Positions 1 to 11,686 are shown, counted from the first letter of the stretch. The stretch is DNA of 64,000 bases from Arcobacteraceae bacterium (GCA_965224485.1 CBDCZH010000019.1:1-64000), one strand, 5' to 3'. Numbers and translations are program-made. Notes: generated by a model not told the origin, from the sequence alone.

Positions 1-553
1 CTGCTCTATGATATAAAACACCTAACATAAAAATAAAATCAAACTTATGATTATAAATTTCTAAGTGCTCAACTCCTAACATTTCAAAAGTAATATCAGA
101 TTTTACAAAATGATTTATAAATTCAAACTGTAACATAGGTAAAGGAGCAGGATCAAAACCAATAAGTTTTTTTGGTTTATCTTCTAACATTCTAAACATA
201 TAATAAGCATTATTACAACCAATATCAGCAACAACCTTATCTTTTAAATTAAAGTGCGGTCGCAATAAGTTATATTTTAAATTACTTTGCCATTCTGAGT
301 CTATTTCTAAATCAAAAAGGTTAAAAGGCCCTTTTCTCCAAGGAATAAGAATTTTAGCCGCTTGTTCTAATAAATCAAACTGCTCATTACTTAAATCACT
401 TCTTTTTCCAATACTTATGCAATCATTTAAATCAAGGCTTAAGTCTGCGACATTTATCTTTTCTTTGACTTCTTTAATCTTATCCCACCAGGGTTTAACA
501 TTTTTCCATTCAAGACATTTATTTTTTTTGTTTTTTAATTCTTCTAAATTCAT
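1..553 (-). CDS. cmoB: tRNA U34 carboxymethyltransferase CmoB (3' end runs off the window)
   Basis: Manual translation from ATG at 553 gives MNLEELK...LIPWRKGPF..EIDSEWQSNLKY...VADIGCNNAYYMFRM, the CmoB signature motifs. Not in the ORF track because it is partial. Confidence 0.9.
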   Translation of the reverse strand, partial: MNLEELKNKKNKCLEWKNVKPWWDKIKEVKEKINVADLSLDLNDCISIGKRSDLSNEQFDLLEQAAKILIPWRKGPFNLFDLEIDSEWQSNLKYNLLRPHFNLKDKVVADIGCNNAYYMFRMLEDKPKKLIGFDPAPLPMLQFEFINHFVKSDITFEMLGVEHLEIYNHKFDFIFMLGVLYHRA

Positions 554-694
554 TTTGTAATTATAATAACAATTTCTTAAAAACAAGATTTACTGCTTAA
601 ATATATATATATTTTAAATTTACTTGACCTTCATTAACATAGGGTTAAAAATATTTTGCTAAAATCACGTTAATTAATTAAAAAAGGATTCTCT

Positions 695-3463
695 TTGAGA
701 AAACTAAGCGAAATATTTTTATCTTTTAAACTCACTTTGACTTTATTAGCTACTCTTGGTATAGGTGCTGCTGTTGCAACATTTATTGAAAATGACTATG
801 GAACTTCTACTGCTAGGGTACTTGTATATAATAATATATGGTATGAAACTATTTTAGTTTTAACCTGTCTTAACTTATTAGGGGTTATTATAAAGTTTAA
901 AATGTGGAAACATCCACCAAGGTTCTTATTACATAGTTCATTTTTAGTAATATTATTAGGTGCTGGTGTTACTAGATATGTAGGTTATGAAGGAATTATT
1001 CATATAAGAGAAGGAAAAACAGAGAATAGAATGATTTCTCAAGAACCTTATTTACAAATAAAGATTAAACAAGAAAATGGTTCTTTTTATCAAGAATACC
1101 CTATGGAATTCACTGCCTTAGGTGATAATTATTTTGAACATAATATTACATTTAATAATAAAAAATTAAATGTTAAGTTTAAAGATTATGCTTTTACTAA
1201 AAAAGGTAGAGATAAGAAAGCTACTTTAGGTATTGAGCTTAGTTTGAATGGAGAAAGTAAATATATTCAACTACAAGGTCAAAGAGGTCAAAAAGGAGTT
1301 TCTACTATTGAAGATTTTGGTGATACTATTGTAACTTTAGAATATGGTTCTAAAGTACTTAGACTTCCATTTTCGATTCATCTAAAAGACTTTCAATTAG
1401 ATAGATACCCAGGAAGTATGTCTCCTTCTTCTTATGCTTCTGAAATTACTGTTATAAAAGAAAATGGAAAAAAGTATGATTATAGGATTTTTATGAATAG
1501 AACACTACATGAAGGAAATTTCTTATTTTTCCAAAGCTCTTATGATCAAGATGAATTAGGAACAGTACTATCTGTTAATAATGATCCTGGTAAGTGGCCT
1601 ACGTATTTGGGATACTTTTTATTAACACTTGGTTTAGTATGGAACTTATTGGATAAAAAATCAAGATTTAGAAAACTTACAAAATATGTTAGTCAAAAAA
1701 ACCTTGGTGGTTTAGCTTTATTTTTAGCTCTTGCTTTAAGCACTAATTCTTTACAAGCACAAAGTGAACCTGAATTTTCATCAAATAAATACCCAAGTAC
1801 AAAAGCTTATTTAGAAGCTCATAAAAAGTACTCAGCACCAACTGCTAAAAAGTTTTCACGTTTAGTAACACAAAGTGGTATGGGAAGAATGAAACCATTA
1901 AACTCACTTAATAGAGAAATTATTTTAAAACTATCTGGTAAAACTTCATTGTTTTCTTTAAATCCAGATCAAATTGTCTTAGGAATGTTAAGTAGACCTG
2001 AAATTTGGCGAAATATTAAAATGATTAAAATCAAAACTCCAAAACTAAAAAAACTTTTAGGTGTTGAAGCTTCTAGAAAATTCATCTCTTTTTCTGAAGT
2101 TTTTAAAAAAGGAAAATATGTTCTACAAGAAGAATCAAATAAAGCTTCTATGGTTAAACCTCAAGAAAGAGGAACATTTGAAAAAGATATTTTAAGAGTT
2201 GATGAAAGATTAAATGTTGCATACATGGCTTATAATGGTAATTTATTTAAGATATTTCCAAATATAAAAGCAAAAGAAGCTGGATCAAAAGTTTTAAATA
2301 AGTGGTATACACCCTTAGATGCTATGAAAGATTTTACAGGTGAGACACAAAAAGCAGTTGAAACTATGACAAGAGGTTTTATTAACTCTGTTATTGAAGA
2401 AAAATGGGAGAAAGCAAATACTTATGTTGATTTAATAGCTCAATATCAGAAAAAAGTTGGTGTTTCCGTTATGCCTGATTCTTCAGAAATTGAAACTGAA
2501 ATTGCATTTAATGAACTTGATATTTTTCCTAAGCTTACTTTAGCATATCTATTTTTAGGTATTATTATTTTAATAGCTGCTTTTATTATTGTATTTAATC
2601 CAAGTATTAAAGCTAGAAAAACTACCCTATTCTTTTTTACTATTCTTTCAATAATTTTCTTTATTCATTCTTTTGGAATGGGATTTAGATGGATTGTATC
2701 AGGACATGCACCGTGGAGTAATACTTATGAATCACTATTATATATCTCATGGTCAGCAGTATTTGCAGGAGTTGTATTTTTTAGAAAATCTTTACTTGCT
2801 TTAAGTGGGGCTGTTATTGTTGCTGCTATTTTTATGTTTACAGCACACCTAACAAATATTGATCCACAAATTACCAACTTAGTTCCTGTATTAAAATCTT
2901 ATTGGTTAACAATACATGTATCAATTCTAACTGCTTCTTATGGTTTCTTTGGACTTGCTGCTATTATTGCTTATTTAAGTTTAATTATTTTTATTTTTAG
3001 AAGTAAAACAAGACCTCATTTAGATGAAACAATTAAACACATTTCTGCAATTACTGAAATTGCTTTAATTATTGGACTTTCATTTATCGCAATTGGGAAC
3101 TTTTTAGGTGGAGTTTGGGCAAATGAATCTTGGGGAAGATACTGGGGTTGGGATCCAAAAGAGACTTGGGCTTATATCTCAATTATCGTTTATGCTATAG
3201 TTATACATCTTAGATTTGTTAAAAAATTCAATAATCCATTTGTATTATCAAGTGCTGCTGTTTTAGCATTTGCTACAATTTTAATGACATATTTTGGTGT
3301 TAACTTCTACTTATCTGGAATGCATTCATATGCAACAGGAGATCCTGTTCCAGTTCCTACATGGGCATATGTAACATCAATAGTTGTTTTACTTACTATT
3401 GCACTTGCTTATAAAAATAGAAATTTAAAAGATGAAATTTGTCATACAAAGAATCAAAAATAA
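695..3463 (+). CDS. ccsA: Fused cytochrome c biogenesis protein CcsB-CcsA (system II heme lyase, CcsBA/NrfI-like)
   Basis: N-terminal TM/ResB-like region, C-terminal WWD domain WANESWGRYWGWDPKETW, conserved His motifs (GHAPW, SGMHSYA). Confidence 0.9.
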   Translation: MRKLSEIFLSFKLTLTLLATLGIGAAVATFIENDYGTSTARVLVYNNIWYETILVLTCLNLLGVIIKFKMWKHPPRFLLHSSFLVILLGAGVTRYVGYEGIIHIREGKTENRMISQEPYLQIKIKQENGSFYQEYPMEFTALGDNYFEHNITFNNKKLNVKFKDYAFTKKGRDKKATLGIELSLNGESKYIQLQGQRGQKGVSTIEDFGDTIVTLEYGSKVLRLPFSIHLKDFQLDRYPGSMSPSSYASEITVIKENGKKYDYRIFMNRTLHEGNFLFFQSSYDQDELGTVLSVNNDPGKWPTYLGYFLLTLGLVWNLLDKKSRFRKLTKYVSQKNLGGLALFLALALSTNSLQAQSEPEFSSNKYPSTKAYLEAHKKYSAPTAKKFSRLVTQSGMGRMKPLNSLNREIILKLSGKTSLFSLNPDQIVLGMLSRPEIWRNIKMIKIKTPKLKKLLGVEASRKFISFSEVFKKGKYVLQEESNKASMVKPQERGTFEKDILRVDERLNVAYMAYNGNLFKIFPNIKAKEAGSKVLNKWYTPLDAMKDFTGETQKAVETMTRGFINSVIEEKWEKANTYVDLIAQYQKKVGVSVMPDSSEIETEIAFNELDIFPKLTLAYLFLGIIILIAAFIIVFNPSIKARKTTLFFFTILSIIFFIHSFGMGFRWIVSGHAPWSNTYESLLYISWSAVFAGVVFFRKSLLALSGAVIVAAIFMFTAHLTNIDPQITNLVPVLKSYWLTIHVSILTASYGFFGLAAIIAYLSLIIFIFRSKTRPHLDETIKHISAITEIALIIGLSFIAIGNFLGGVWANESWGRYWGWDPKETWAYISIIVYAIVIHLRFVKKFNNPFVLSSAAVLAFATILMTYFGVNFYLSGMHSYATGDPVPVPTWAYVTSIVVLLTIALAYKNRNLKDEICHTKNQK

Positions 3464-3497
3464 TTTTATTATCTTAAATTATTTCAAATATTGTATT

Positions 3498-3528
3498 AAA
3501 GCCAAGGATTTATTCCTTGGCTTTTTTT
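3498..3528 (+). terminator. Rho-independent terminator
   Basis: AAAGCCAAGGA-TTTAT-TCCTTGGCTTT followed by a T run, just after ccsBA. Confidence 0.8.
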
Positions 3529-3584
3529 ATTTAAATAACATTTAGTTATAATAATTACTAAAAGAAATTATAATAAGGTACAAA

Positions 3585-4871
3585 GTGAAAGATATAATAG
3601 AAATTTTCAAAGAGATAACAAGTATAGCAAGATGTAGTGGAACGCATTTACCTTTTTTTCAATATTTAGAAAAATTTGCAGCTGAATTTGATTATGAAAT
3701 AATAAAAGATGAAGTTAACAATATTTTATGTAAAAAAAGAGATTCTAAGGCTACTTTATGCTTACAATCACACTATGATATAGTATGTTTAGTAGATAAT
3801 ACAATTCCCCAAATTATTCAAAAAGATGGATTTTTATTTGCAAAAAACTCAACTTTAGGAGCTGATAATGGCATTGGCTGTGCTTATATGTTAGCTTTAA
3901 TGTCTAAAGATCATGACTGTGAGTATCTTTTTACTTCAGATGAAGAAATTGGTTTAATAGGAGCGAATGCTCTTGGTTTAGAATTAAGAGCTTCAAATAT
4001 GTTAAATCTTGATTCAGAAGAAGAAGGTGGTATTTGTATTGGATGTGCTGGCGGAATTGATATTTTTGCAAGTAATTGTAATAGTAAAATTATTAAAAAT
4101 GTAGATAACTTAGACTTGTATGAGATAAGTATAAATAAACTTCCAGGTGGTCATAGTGGAGTAAATATTGATGATAATATTCCAAATGCTTTAAAACTAC
4201 TTATTAAAAGTATTAAAGAATCAAAGGCGAAATTATTAGATTTAAATGCAGGTGAGAGAATAAACTCAATTCCTGCAAATGCAAAAGCAATTATAGCTTC
4301 TAGAGAAAAACCTCTAAAAACTCATGAAAATATGATAATTACAAAAATAGATGCTAAAAGTGAAAACTTAAATATTTACAGTGATGAAATAATTGATTTT
4401 ATTTATGCTTTTTCACAAGGAGTAAGAGCTTATGATAAAGAGTTAAATGTTGTTTTAACTTCAATTAATTTAGCCATTGCAAAAACATCACATGAAGCAA
4501 TTGAGCTTAAATTAAGTGCTAGGTCTATGCAAAATGACTTATTAAAAGATTTAGGCTTTGAGACTATTAGTATGCTTGAGAACTATGGTTTTACAGTTAA
4601 GTCTTCAGGAAAGTATCCAGCTTGGAAACCAGATATTAATTCGTTTACAAATAAAGTTTTAGAAATTTATAAGAAATATGATAAGAATGCATCACTAGAG
4701 GCTATTCATGCAGGTTTGGAATGTGCAATTTTCAAAGATAAGTATCCTCATATTAATGTAGCTTCAATAGGTCCTAATATATTTAATCCACACTCACATG
4801 CAGAAAGAGTTGAAATAGCTTCAGTTTATAAAGTTTTTGAAATTGTTCAAAATATAGTTGAAGAGATATAG
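3585..4871 (+). CDS. pepD: M20 family aminoacyl-histidine dipeptidase (PepD-like)
   Basis: QSHYD, TLGADNGIG, SDEEIG, NLDSEEEG, GGHSG, IHAGLEC and PHS motifs. Confidence 0.8.
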   Translation: MKDIIEIFKEITSIARCSGTHLPFFQYLEKFAAEFDYEIIKDEVNNILCKKRDSKATLCLQSHYDIVCLVDNTIPQIIQKDGFLFAKNSTLGADNGIGCAYMLALMSKDHDCEYLFTSDEEIGLIGANALGLELRASNMLNLDSEEEGGICIGCAGGIDIFASNCNSKIIKNVDNLDLYEISINKLPGGHSGVNIDDNIPNALKLLIKSIKESKAKLLDLNAGERINSIPANAKAIIASREKPLKTHENMIITKIDAKSENLNIYSDEIIDFIYAFSQGVRAYDKELNVVLTSINLAIAKTSHEAIELKLSARSMQNDLLKDLGFETISMLENYGFTVKSSGKYPAWKPDINSFTNKVLEIYKKYDKNASLEAIHAGLECAIFKDKYPHINVASIGPNIFNPHSHAERVEIASVYKVFEIVQNIVEEI

Positions 4872-4879
4872 GAAAAAAG

Positions 4880-5962
4880 ATGAATAAAACTCTTTTTTTA
4901 AGTTCTAATTGGAAATATGATAGTTTAGATGATAAAATTAGAAATATTGAAGAGTTTTATACAAAAAACACCTTAAGTGAACTTAATTTTGATTTTTCTC
5001 AAATAACAAAAATAGACTCTTCTGGAATAGTTTTAATTATAAAATATATTTTACTCTTTGAAAAAGCAAAGATAAAAATAAACATCTTAAATATCTCAAA
5101 AAAACACAATAAAATGTTAGAACTTTATAAGTTAAATTATAAACACGAAGATATCGATTATAAAAAAAGATTAACAGGAATTCAAAATATAGGTAAAAAT
5201 GCCTGTGATACCTATGGAAACTTTAAAAACTTTTTATATTTTATTGGTAGAATTTTTGTTTACTTTTTATATCTTATAATTCACCCTAGTAAAATAAGAT
5301 TCAAAGCAATAGTTCATCAAATGGAAGTTTCAGCCATTCATATTTTACCTATTATTGCTCTAGCTTTGTTTTTAGTAGGTTTCGTAACAGCTTATCAAGG
5401 TGCTGATCAATTAGGAAAATTTGGGGCTTCAATTATAGTAATAGAGATGTCAACCATGTCAATGTTTAGAGAAATCTCTCCTTTTTTAGCAGCAATTATA
5501 GTTGCAGGAAGAAGTGCTTCTTCTTTTACAGCACAAATAGGAACTATGAAAATAACAGAAGAGATATCAGCTATGAAAACTATGGGTTTAGATATTGATA
5601 TATTTATTATAATCCCAAGAATACTAGCCTTAGTTCTGGTAATGCCTCTCTTAGTATTTTTTGCAGACATAGCTTCACTTTTTGGTGAAATGGTAATTGC
5701 TAAAATACATTTAGGAATATCTTATACCCAGTTTATGGCAAGAATTTATGAATATGTAGAAATTAGACATATTTTACTAGGAATTTTTAAAGCTCCCTTA
5801 TTTGGTTTAATTATTGCTTTAATTGGATGTTATAGAGGTTTACAAGTAAGAAGTGGAACTGATATTGGAAAATACACTACAAAAGCTGTAGTTGATTCAA
5901 TCTTTTATTTAATAATAGTAAATGCTTTAATATCTTTAATCTCAATTAGTTTGGGTTTTTAA
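4880..5962 (+). CDS. STAS + MlaE-family ABC permease
   Basis: N-terminal STAS-like KIDSSG; MlaE motif AGRSASSFTAQIGTMKITEEI; first gene of a 4-gene operon. Confidence 0.85.
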   Translation: MNKTLFLSSNWKYDSLDDKIRNIEEFYTKNTLSELNFDFSQITKIDSSGIVLIIKYILLFEKAKIKINILNISKKHNKMLELYKLNYKHEDIDYKKRLTGIQNIGKNACDTYGNFKNFLYFIGRIFVYFLYLIIHPSKIRFKAIVHQMEVSAIHILPIIALALFLVGFVTAYQGADQLGKFGASIIVIEMSTMSMFREISPFLAAIIVAGRSASSFTAQIGTMKITEEISAMKTMGLDIDIFIIIPRILALVLVMPLLVFFADIASLFGEMVIAKIHLGISYTQFMARIYEYVEIRHILLGIFKAPLFGLIIALIGCYRGLQVRSGTDIGKYTTKAVVDSIFYLIIVNALISLISISLGF

Positions 5963-5964
5963 AA

Positions 5965-6687
5965 ATGGTAAAAGTAAAAAATATAACAACAAAATTTGAT
6001 GAAAAAGTAGTTCATGATAATATTTCTTTAGAAATTAACAAGGGTGAAATTTATGGTCTTTTAGGTGGTAGTGGTTCTGGTAAAACAACCTTACTTAGAC
6101 AAATGATAATGTTAGACTCTATTCAAGAAGGTGAAATTTCAATTTTGGGTGAAAATATAAATGACTTAGATTTTAAGAAAAGAGAATATATTAAAAAAAA
6201 CTGGGGTGTTTTATTTCAGTTTGGGGCACTATTTTCTTCTTTAAATGTAATAGAAAATATTGGAATTATGTTAAAAGAAAACACTTCTTTACCACAAGAT
6301 TTGATAAATGATATAGCTTATACAAAATTAAACATGGTAGGTTTAGATACCTCCGTTGGTTCTTTATACCCAGAAGAGTTAAGTGGAGGAATGAAAAAAA
6401 GAGTCGCTCTAGCAAGGGCATTAGCCCTTGATCCTAAAATTTTATTTTTAGACGAACCTACTTCTGGTTTAGACCCAGCTAGCTCTATTGCTTTTGATTC
6501 TTTATTATTAAATCTAAGAGATATGTTGGACTTAACTGTTGTTATAATTACTCATGATTTACATACAATCAAAACAGTTTTAGATAGATTCTCAATTTTA
6601 AATGAGAGTAAAATAGAGTTAAGTGGAACCTATGAAGATGCTATAAAAGCAAATAATAGTAAAATAAATAAGTTTTTAAAACTATAA
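5965..6687 (+). CDS. MlaF-like ABC ATP-binding protein
   Basis: GGSGSGKT, LSGGMKKRVALARAL, DEPTSGLDP. Confidence 0.9.
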   Translation: MVKVKNITTKFDEKVVHDNISLEINKGEIYGLLGGSGSGKTTLLRQMIMLDSIQEGEISILGENINDLDFKKREYIKKNWGVLFQFGALFSSLNVIENIGIMLKENTSLPQDLINDIAYTKLNMVGLDTSVGSLYPEELSGGMKKRVALARALALDPKILFLDEPTSGLDPASSIAFDSLLLNLRDMLDLTVVIITHDLHTIKTVLDRFSILNESKIELSGTYEDAIKANNSKINKFLKL

Positions 6688-6697
6688 AGGTTATATA

Positions 6698-7603
6698 TTG
6701 GAAAATAAAGCAAGATACACGTTAGTTGGAATATTTCTAATTGTTTTTACAGCCTGTGCGGTAGGTTTTATTTTGTGGTTAGCAAAATACGATAAAGATA
6801 CCCTAAGTGCTAAAGAATACAGAGTTTATGCCACTAGTTCTGTTTCTGGATTAAATAAAAATTCAATAGTAGTTTATAAGGGTTTAGATATTGGATTTAT
6901 TGACGATATTAGAATTAATCCAAAGAATCAAGAAGAAATAGAAATAATTTTGAAAATAAAAAAACCAGAAATTATAAAAGTTGACAGTTTGGCTGTTATT
7001 GAATCATTAGGAATTACAGGAAATAAACATGTTGAGATAAAAGGCGGTTCTAATTCTGCTAAAAATCTTGTATATAAAAACAATAACTCTTATGCGGTTA
7101 TTCCTCTAGAACAATCATTTTTAGATAAACTTACAAATGATGCAGGCTCAATTACTCAAAAAATAAACTCTGTTTTAAATAAAATTGAATTTGTTTTAAA
7201 TGAGGATAATATAAAAAATATAAATAAGATACTAAATAATACAAATATTTCAAGTGAGAATTTTAATGTATTACTTCTAAAAATGCAGAATTTTCTTGAT
7301 AATAGTGCAACAAAAAGTTTAGATAATATAAATAATCTGGTGAATAATAATATAAGTACAACTTTAAAAAATATTGATACTTTAAGCAATAATTTTAATA
7401 CTTTATTACAAAATGATATAAAAGTTATTTTAAAAGATTTAAAACAAACTATAAATGCTAGTAAAAATATTGATGGAGTTATTTTAGGACTAGGAGAAAC
7501 CTTAGAAAAAATAGATACAACCTTAGATAAGTTCAATGATAATGGTGGAGATTTTTTACTTAAAACAAGAGCAATTAAATATGGTCCAGGAGAGCACAAA
7601 TAA
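6698..7603 (+). CDS. MlaD/MCE-domain substrate-binding protein
   Basis: N-terminal TM, MCE pattern SVSGL..VVYKGLDIG..GITG, coiled-coil tail. Confidence 0.85.
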   Translation: MENKARYTLVGIFLIVFTACAVGFILWLAKYDKDTLSAKEYRVYATSSVSGLNKNSIVVYKGLDIGFIDDIRINPKNQEEIEIILKIKKPEIIKVDSLAVIESLGITGNKHVEIKGGSNSAKNLVYKNNNSYAVIPLEQSFLDKLTNDAGSITQKINSVLNKIEFVLNEDNIKNINKILNNTNISSENFNVLLLKMQNFLDNSATKSLDNINNLVNNNISTTLKNIDTLSNNFNTLLQNDIKVILKDLKQTINASKNIDGVILGLGETLEKIDTTLDKFNDNGGDFLLKTRAIKYGPGEHK

Positions 7604-8194
7604 ATGTTTAAAAATATAATTCTAATAAGCCTAAGCATTTTTGTTTTTACTGCATGTATAACAAAAGAGTTACCAGCATATAAAACATATAATTTAAAAC
7701 TAATAGAAGAAAAAACTAAAAATAGTAAAACAATTAATAAAAGTATTCAAATTTATGAACCTAAAGCTTTACGAAGTTTAAATAGCAGAACAATTTTATA
7801 CTCAAAGAATCTTCTTGAGCAAGAAGAGTATTTACTTAGTAAATGGAGTGATAAGCCATCTAAAATGCTTCAAAAACTTATTTCTATGGAATTGGGCACA
7901 AAAAACACTTTTAAGCTTGTTACATCATCTTTAATACAGTTTCCAAGTGATTATAAGTTAAAAACAGAGATTTTATCTTTAATTCATGAATTTAATAATA
8001 ATAAGTCGTATGCTAAGTTTTTAGTAAAAACTGTTTTAATCAATAATCAAACAAAAAGAATAAAGATTAAAACTTTTTCTTATAAAATATTATGTGAAAA
8101 AAACAATGCTTACTCTTTTGTCAAAAGTTTAAATATAGCAGCTAATATTTTTGTAAAAGATTTAAATCTTTATTTAAGAGAAAATACTTTATAG
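7604..8194 (+). CDS. ABC transport auxiliary lipoprotein (PqiC-like)
   Basis: Lipobox FTAC, KWSDKPSKML motif, position after the MCE gene. Confidence 0.75.
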   Translation: MFKNIILISLSIFVFTACITKELPAYKTYNLKLIEEKTKNSKTINKSIQIYEPKALRSLNSRTILYSKNLLEQEEYLLSKWSDKPSKMLQKLISMELGTKNTFKLVTSSLIQFPSDYKLKTEILSLIHEFNNNKSYAKFLVKTVLINNQTKRIKIKTFSYKILCEKNNAYSFVKSLNIAANIFVKDLNLYLRENTL

Positions 8195-8195
8195 T

Positions 8196-10112
8196 TTATT
8201 TGAAACTCAAGGCTTCTGGTTTTCCAAAATAGTATCCTTGAGAATAGTCTATTCCAATCTCTTTTAAAATATCGAAAATTTCCTTACTCTCTACAAATTC
8301 AGCAATAGTTTTAATATTTTGTTTTTTTGCAAATATAGCTATTGTTTCTACTATATTTCTTGAATAAGAATCTTTAACAATATGCTTTATTAAAGAACCA
8401 TCAATTTTAATAATATCAGGTTCAAACTCTAATAATCTTTCAAAAGAAGAATAGCCAGAACCAAAGTCATCAATGGCTATTTTTACACCTTTTTTCTTGA
8501 TTTCATGGATAAAGGTTTTTATAACCGAAAAATCTTTTACACTTTCATCTTCTAATAACTCAAAAACTATTTTATTGTTATAATCTTTATATTTAGCTAA
8601 TAAAGAGAAAATAAGTTTTCTTGTTTCTTCTTTTTCGATATCTAACATTGATAAATTTATAGATACGTCTGTATTTATTTTATTTATTATTTTAAATGAA
8701 TTTGTAAGTACTCTATGCGTTATTTTATTGTAATAATTACTCTCTTTTGTAACTTGTAAAAATTGATAAGGAGAAATAACATTATGATTTTCATCAATTA
8801 ATCTAACTAAAGATTCATATTTTTCAATTACACCTGTTTCATTATTAATAATAGGTTGAAAATATGTAACTATATTATAGTTCTCAAGGGCAATTTTTAC
8901 CATTTTGATAATATCCATATTCTTCTTAGCAAACTTTTGCCCTTTTAAAGAAGCATCATTTGAGTTATAGATAAAAGTATTTGATTTAATTGCTTCTTCT
9001 AAACCATGTTTAGCATCTTCATATAACATATATTTTCCATATGAAAAAGAGAGAGTAATATTTAAATCATATTCTATATCATCACAAACTAAAATTGAAT
9101 CATTTACTTTTTGTACAAATTTATCAAAACCATTATTTAAATTATCATTTGTACTCATATACATATGAAAGTCACCTAAAATTGCATACTTCCCATGTCC
9201 TAGAAAATATATTTTTTTAAATACTTCTTTATTATCAATTTTTTCCAATAAAGAATCAGCAAAAAATTTCTCAATTTTATTAATTACTTCATAATTATAA
9301 AATCTCTCTAAAATTGAATATTCATCTATTTGTATTAATGCTAAAATTGAGAGATTATTAGCATCTATATCATCTTCTAATTGTTTTCTATCACTCATTA
9401 TTTCAGAAATATTAATTCCAAAAATCATAAACTCTTTAATAATTTTGTTTTCATCAAAAATAGGCATTATTGTAGTTTTCATGTAATAAGAAGCGCCATA
9501 CTTGATTCTATTTTTTAATATACCTTCCCAACTAGATTTATTTAAAGCAATAGTTTTGAATAAGTTTCTTATTATTTTTGTATTATCTTTTCTTGAAAAA
9601 AACATATTATATTTTTTATTATATACTTCAGCTTTTGTATAACCAGTAACATCACAAAACTTTTGATTAATATATACAATATTACCTTTTCTATTTATCT
9701 TAGCAACCATCATACTTTTATTTGCTATTTTAAAATATTGTGATTCTATACTCTTCTTTTTTTCAAAATATGTTTTATAAATTTTATTTATTTGCTGTGA
9801 TTTTTCTTCTGTACTTGAATCTTCCCATAAAAAAGCATCGATTTTAAGCTCAATACTTTGTAATAAATCCTCTTCTTCTTTGGAGAAAGAGCTTAAAATA
9901 ATTGAAGCATTATTCTTCTTTTGTCTAATTTCTTTTATATTAGAAAAAACATTTTTATTATTTTCAAAAAGAAATAAATCAAAATTATCAATATCTGTAG
10001 AAGAATCAAATTTCTCTCTTCTTGTTAATTCTGTGCACTTATCTGTAAATAAATTAATAATATTTGACTTCTCAAACTTACCAGTTGCCAGAATTTTTAT
10101 TTTATTTTCCAT
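8196..10112 (-). CDS. REC-like/PAS/degenerate GGDEF/EAL c-di-GMP phosphodiesterase
   Basis: PAS (INQKFCDVTGY), ESLVRL, IAIDDFGSGYSS, IKIDGSL, QGYYFGKP; the GGDEF position reads GHGKY. Confidence 0.85.
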   Translation of the reverse strand: MENKIKILATGKFEKSNIINLFTDKCTELTRREKFDSSTDIDNFDLFLFENNKNVFSNIKEIRQKKNNASIILSSFSKEEEDLLQSIELKIDAFLWEDSSTEEKSQQINKIYKTYFEKKKSIESQYFKIANKSMMVAKINRKGNIVYINQKFCDVTGYTKAEVYNKKYNMFFSRKDNTKIIRNLFKTIALNKSSWEGILKNRIKYGASYYMKTTIMPIFDENKIIKEFMIFGINISEIMSDRKQLEDDIDANNLSILALIQIDEYSILERFYNYEVINKIEKFFADSLLEKIDNKEVFKKIYFLGHGKYAILGDFHMYMSTNDNLNNGFDKFVQKVNDSILVCDDIEYDLNITLSFSYGKYMLYEDAKHGLEEAIKSNTFIYNSNDASLKGQKFAKKNMDIIKMVKIALENYNIVTYFQPIINNETGVIEKYESLVRLIDENHNVISPYQFLQVTKESNYYNKITHRVLTNSFKIINKINTDVSINLSMLDIEKEETRKLIFSLLAKYKDYNNKIVFELLEDESVKDFSVIKTFIHEIKKKGVKIAIDDFGSGYSSFERLLEFEPDIIKIDGSLIKHIVKDSYSRNIVETIAIFAKKQNIKTIAEFVESKEIFDILKEIGIDYSQGYYFGKPEALSFK

Positions 10113-10469
10113 ATTTCTCTTTTATACTTAATGTTATCAGTCAAGTAATAATTATTTTTATTAGTTTATCCAAAAAATAGTTAATTTAATAGATTATTTC
10201 TTTCAAATGATATAAACAATCAATATAGCATTAATTTTCTACTACTTAAGAGATTCTAAACACTTCTTTTTATTCTAGAAGAAAAAGGAATTTTATTCTC
10301 TTTATTTCTTTTTTTAGTAAAAAAAACAATACTACTTATAAAAATCACCACTAAAATACTAATTTCTGTCATTTTAACATACCTTATAAAATTATTTAAA
10401 TAAATAATAACAAAGATAAAAATAACTTCAATAAAATATGTCAGATTGTTATATTTTTAGAAAAAAAAC

Positions 10470-11324
10470 CTATGGTTTTACATAGAGCTTTTTATTAAAT
10501 GATATTCTAATTATACTAGGTGTTATATTTTTTAAATACTTTATTTTATTAAGAAAAAATGATAAGTATTTTATTACTCCTCTTGGAAAAATAGAATAAC
10601 CTATATCTTCAATAAAAATATTTTTATTTATATTATCTTGAAAAAAACTTTTTACATCTTTTCTATTAATTCCCCAGGGCATTTTAGGAGTAGTATATGT
10701 TTTTGTTTTTTTCCAACCATTTTTACTCATAGTTTTATTTGATAAAAACTTGGGAATAGTATCAAATAAAATATAAGCTTCATCAAAATAAGCATAAATA
10801 TCATTTATTAGTTTACTTAGTTCTTTTTCATTAAAATACATAAATAAACCTTGGGCACAAATAAGAACAGGTTTGTCTTTTTTGCAAGACTCAAACCATT
10901 TTATATTTGTTGCACTTTGTTTTAAATGCAAATGATTTAGGTCTGCTTTAATAAATATTTCTCTTATATTAATAGCCTCAGGTAAATCAACAGTAATCCA
11001 TAATGCTTGCTCATGTTTTACTCTATATCTTTGTGTTTCCAAACCTTCACCTAAATTAACAATAGTAGAAGAAGGATGTTTTTGTAAAAACTTACTTATT
11101 TCTCTATCAAAATCAAGAGATCTTACTGCATGAGAGGCGTCTGCTTTTCCAAAGTTTTTTTCATAATCATATGAAATAGAATTAAAGATTTTTACAGCTT
11201 TTTCATCTTTAATAATTGCATCTCTTCTTAGGGCTTCAATCGCCCTATTTCTTAGAGTCCACAACATAGTTTCTGGTATATTATTTAGTTTTGTTTCAAT
11301 TTTATTCTCTATAGTTTCATTCAT
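10470..11324 (-). CDS. Class I SAM-dependent methyltransferase (LCM/O-methyltransferase type)
   Basis: ETMLWTL..RA, VNLGEGLETQ, VDLPEAI..R, AQGLFMYF. Confidence 0.8.
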   Translation of the reverse strand: MNETIENKIETKLNNIPETMLWTLRNRAIEALRRDAIIKDEKAVKIFNSISYDYEKNFGKADASHAVRSLDFDREISKFLQKHPSSTIVNLGEGLETQRYRVKHEQALWITVDLPEAINIREIFIKADLNHLHLKQSATNIKWFESCKKDKPVLICAQGLFMYFNEKELSKLINDIYAYFDEAYILFDTIPKFLSNKTMSKNGWKKTKTYTTPKMPWGINRKDVKSFFQDNINKNIFIEDIGYSIFPRGVIKYLSFFLNKIKYLKNITPSIIRISFNKKLYVKP

Positions 11325-11686
11325 AAGTAATCCTATAATTAATTTTTAAAATGATAACAAAGAAAAGCTTACAAGTAATAATAATTATTAATATTAATAA
11401 AGACCTGCTCTTTTACTACCCCTTTTTATATTCTTATCAAAGTATTGAGAGCTTTTACATATTAAATAATTTAGATAAATATGTTATATGTTATTATGAT
11501 AGATAAATACTTATGAGGATACATTAGAACATAATTTTAGAACTAAAAATAATTCTATTATAAATATACTATATAAATTACAAAAAGTTAATAACCAACT
11601 AAAATATAAAATTCTAAACTTGAGTGAATATATCTACTTCACTAAATTTAATATATATAAAACTAAGTATTTTAAAAAGGACTATA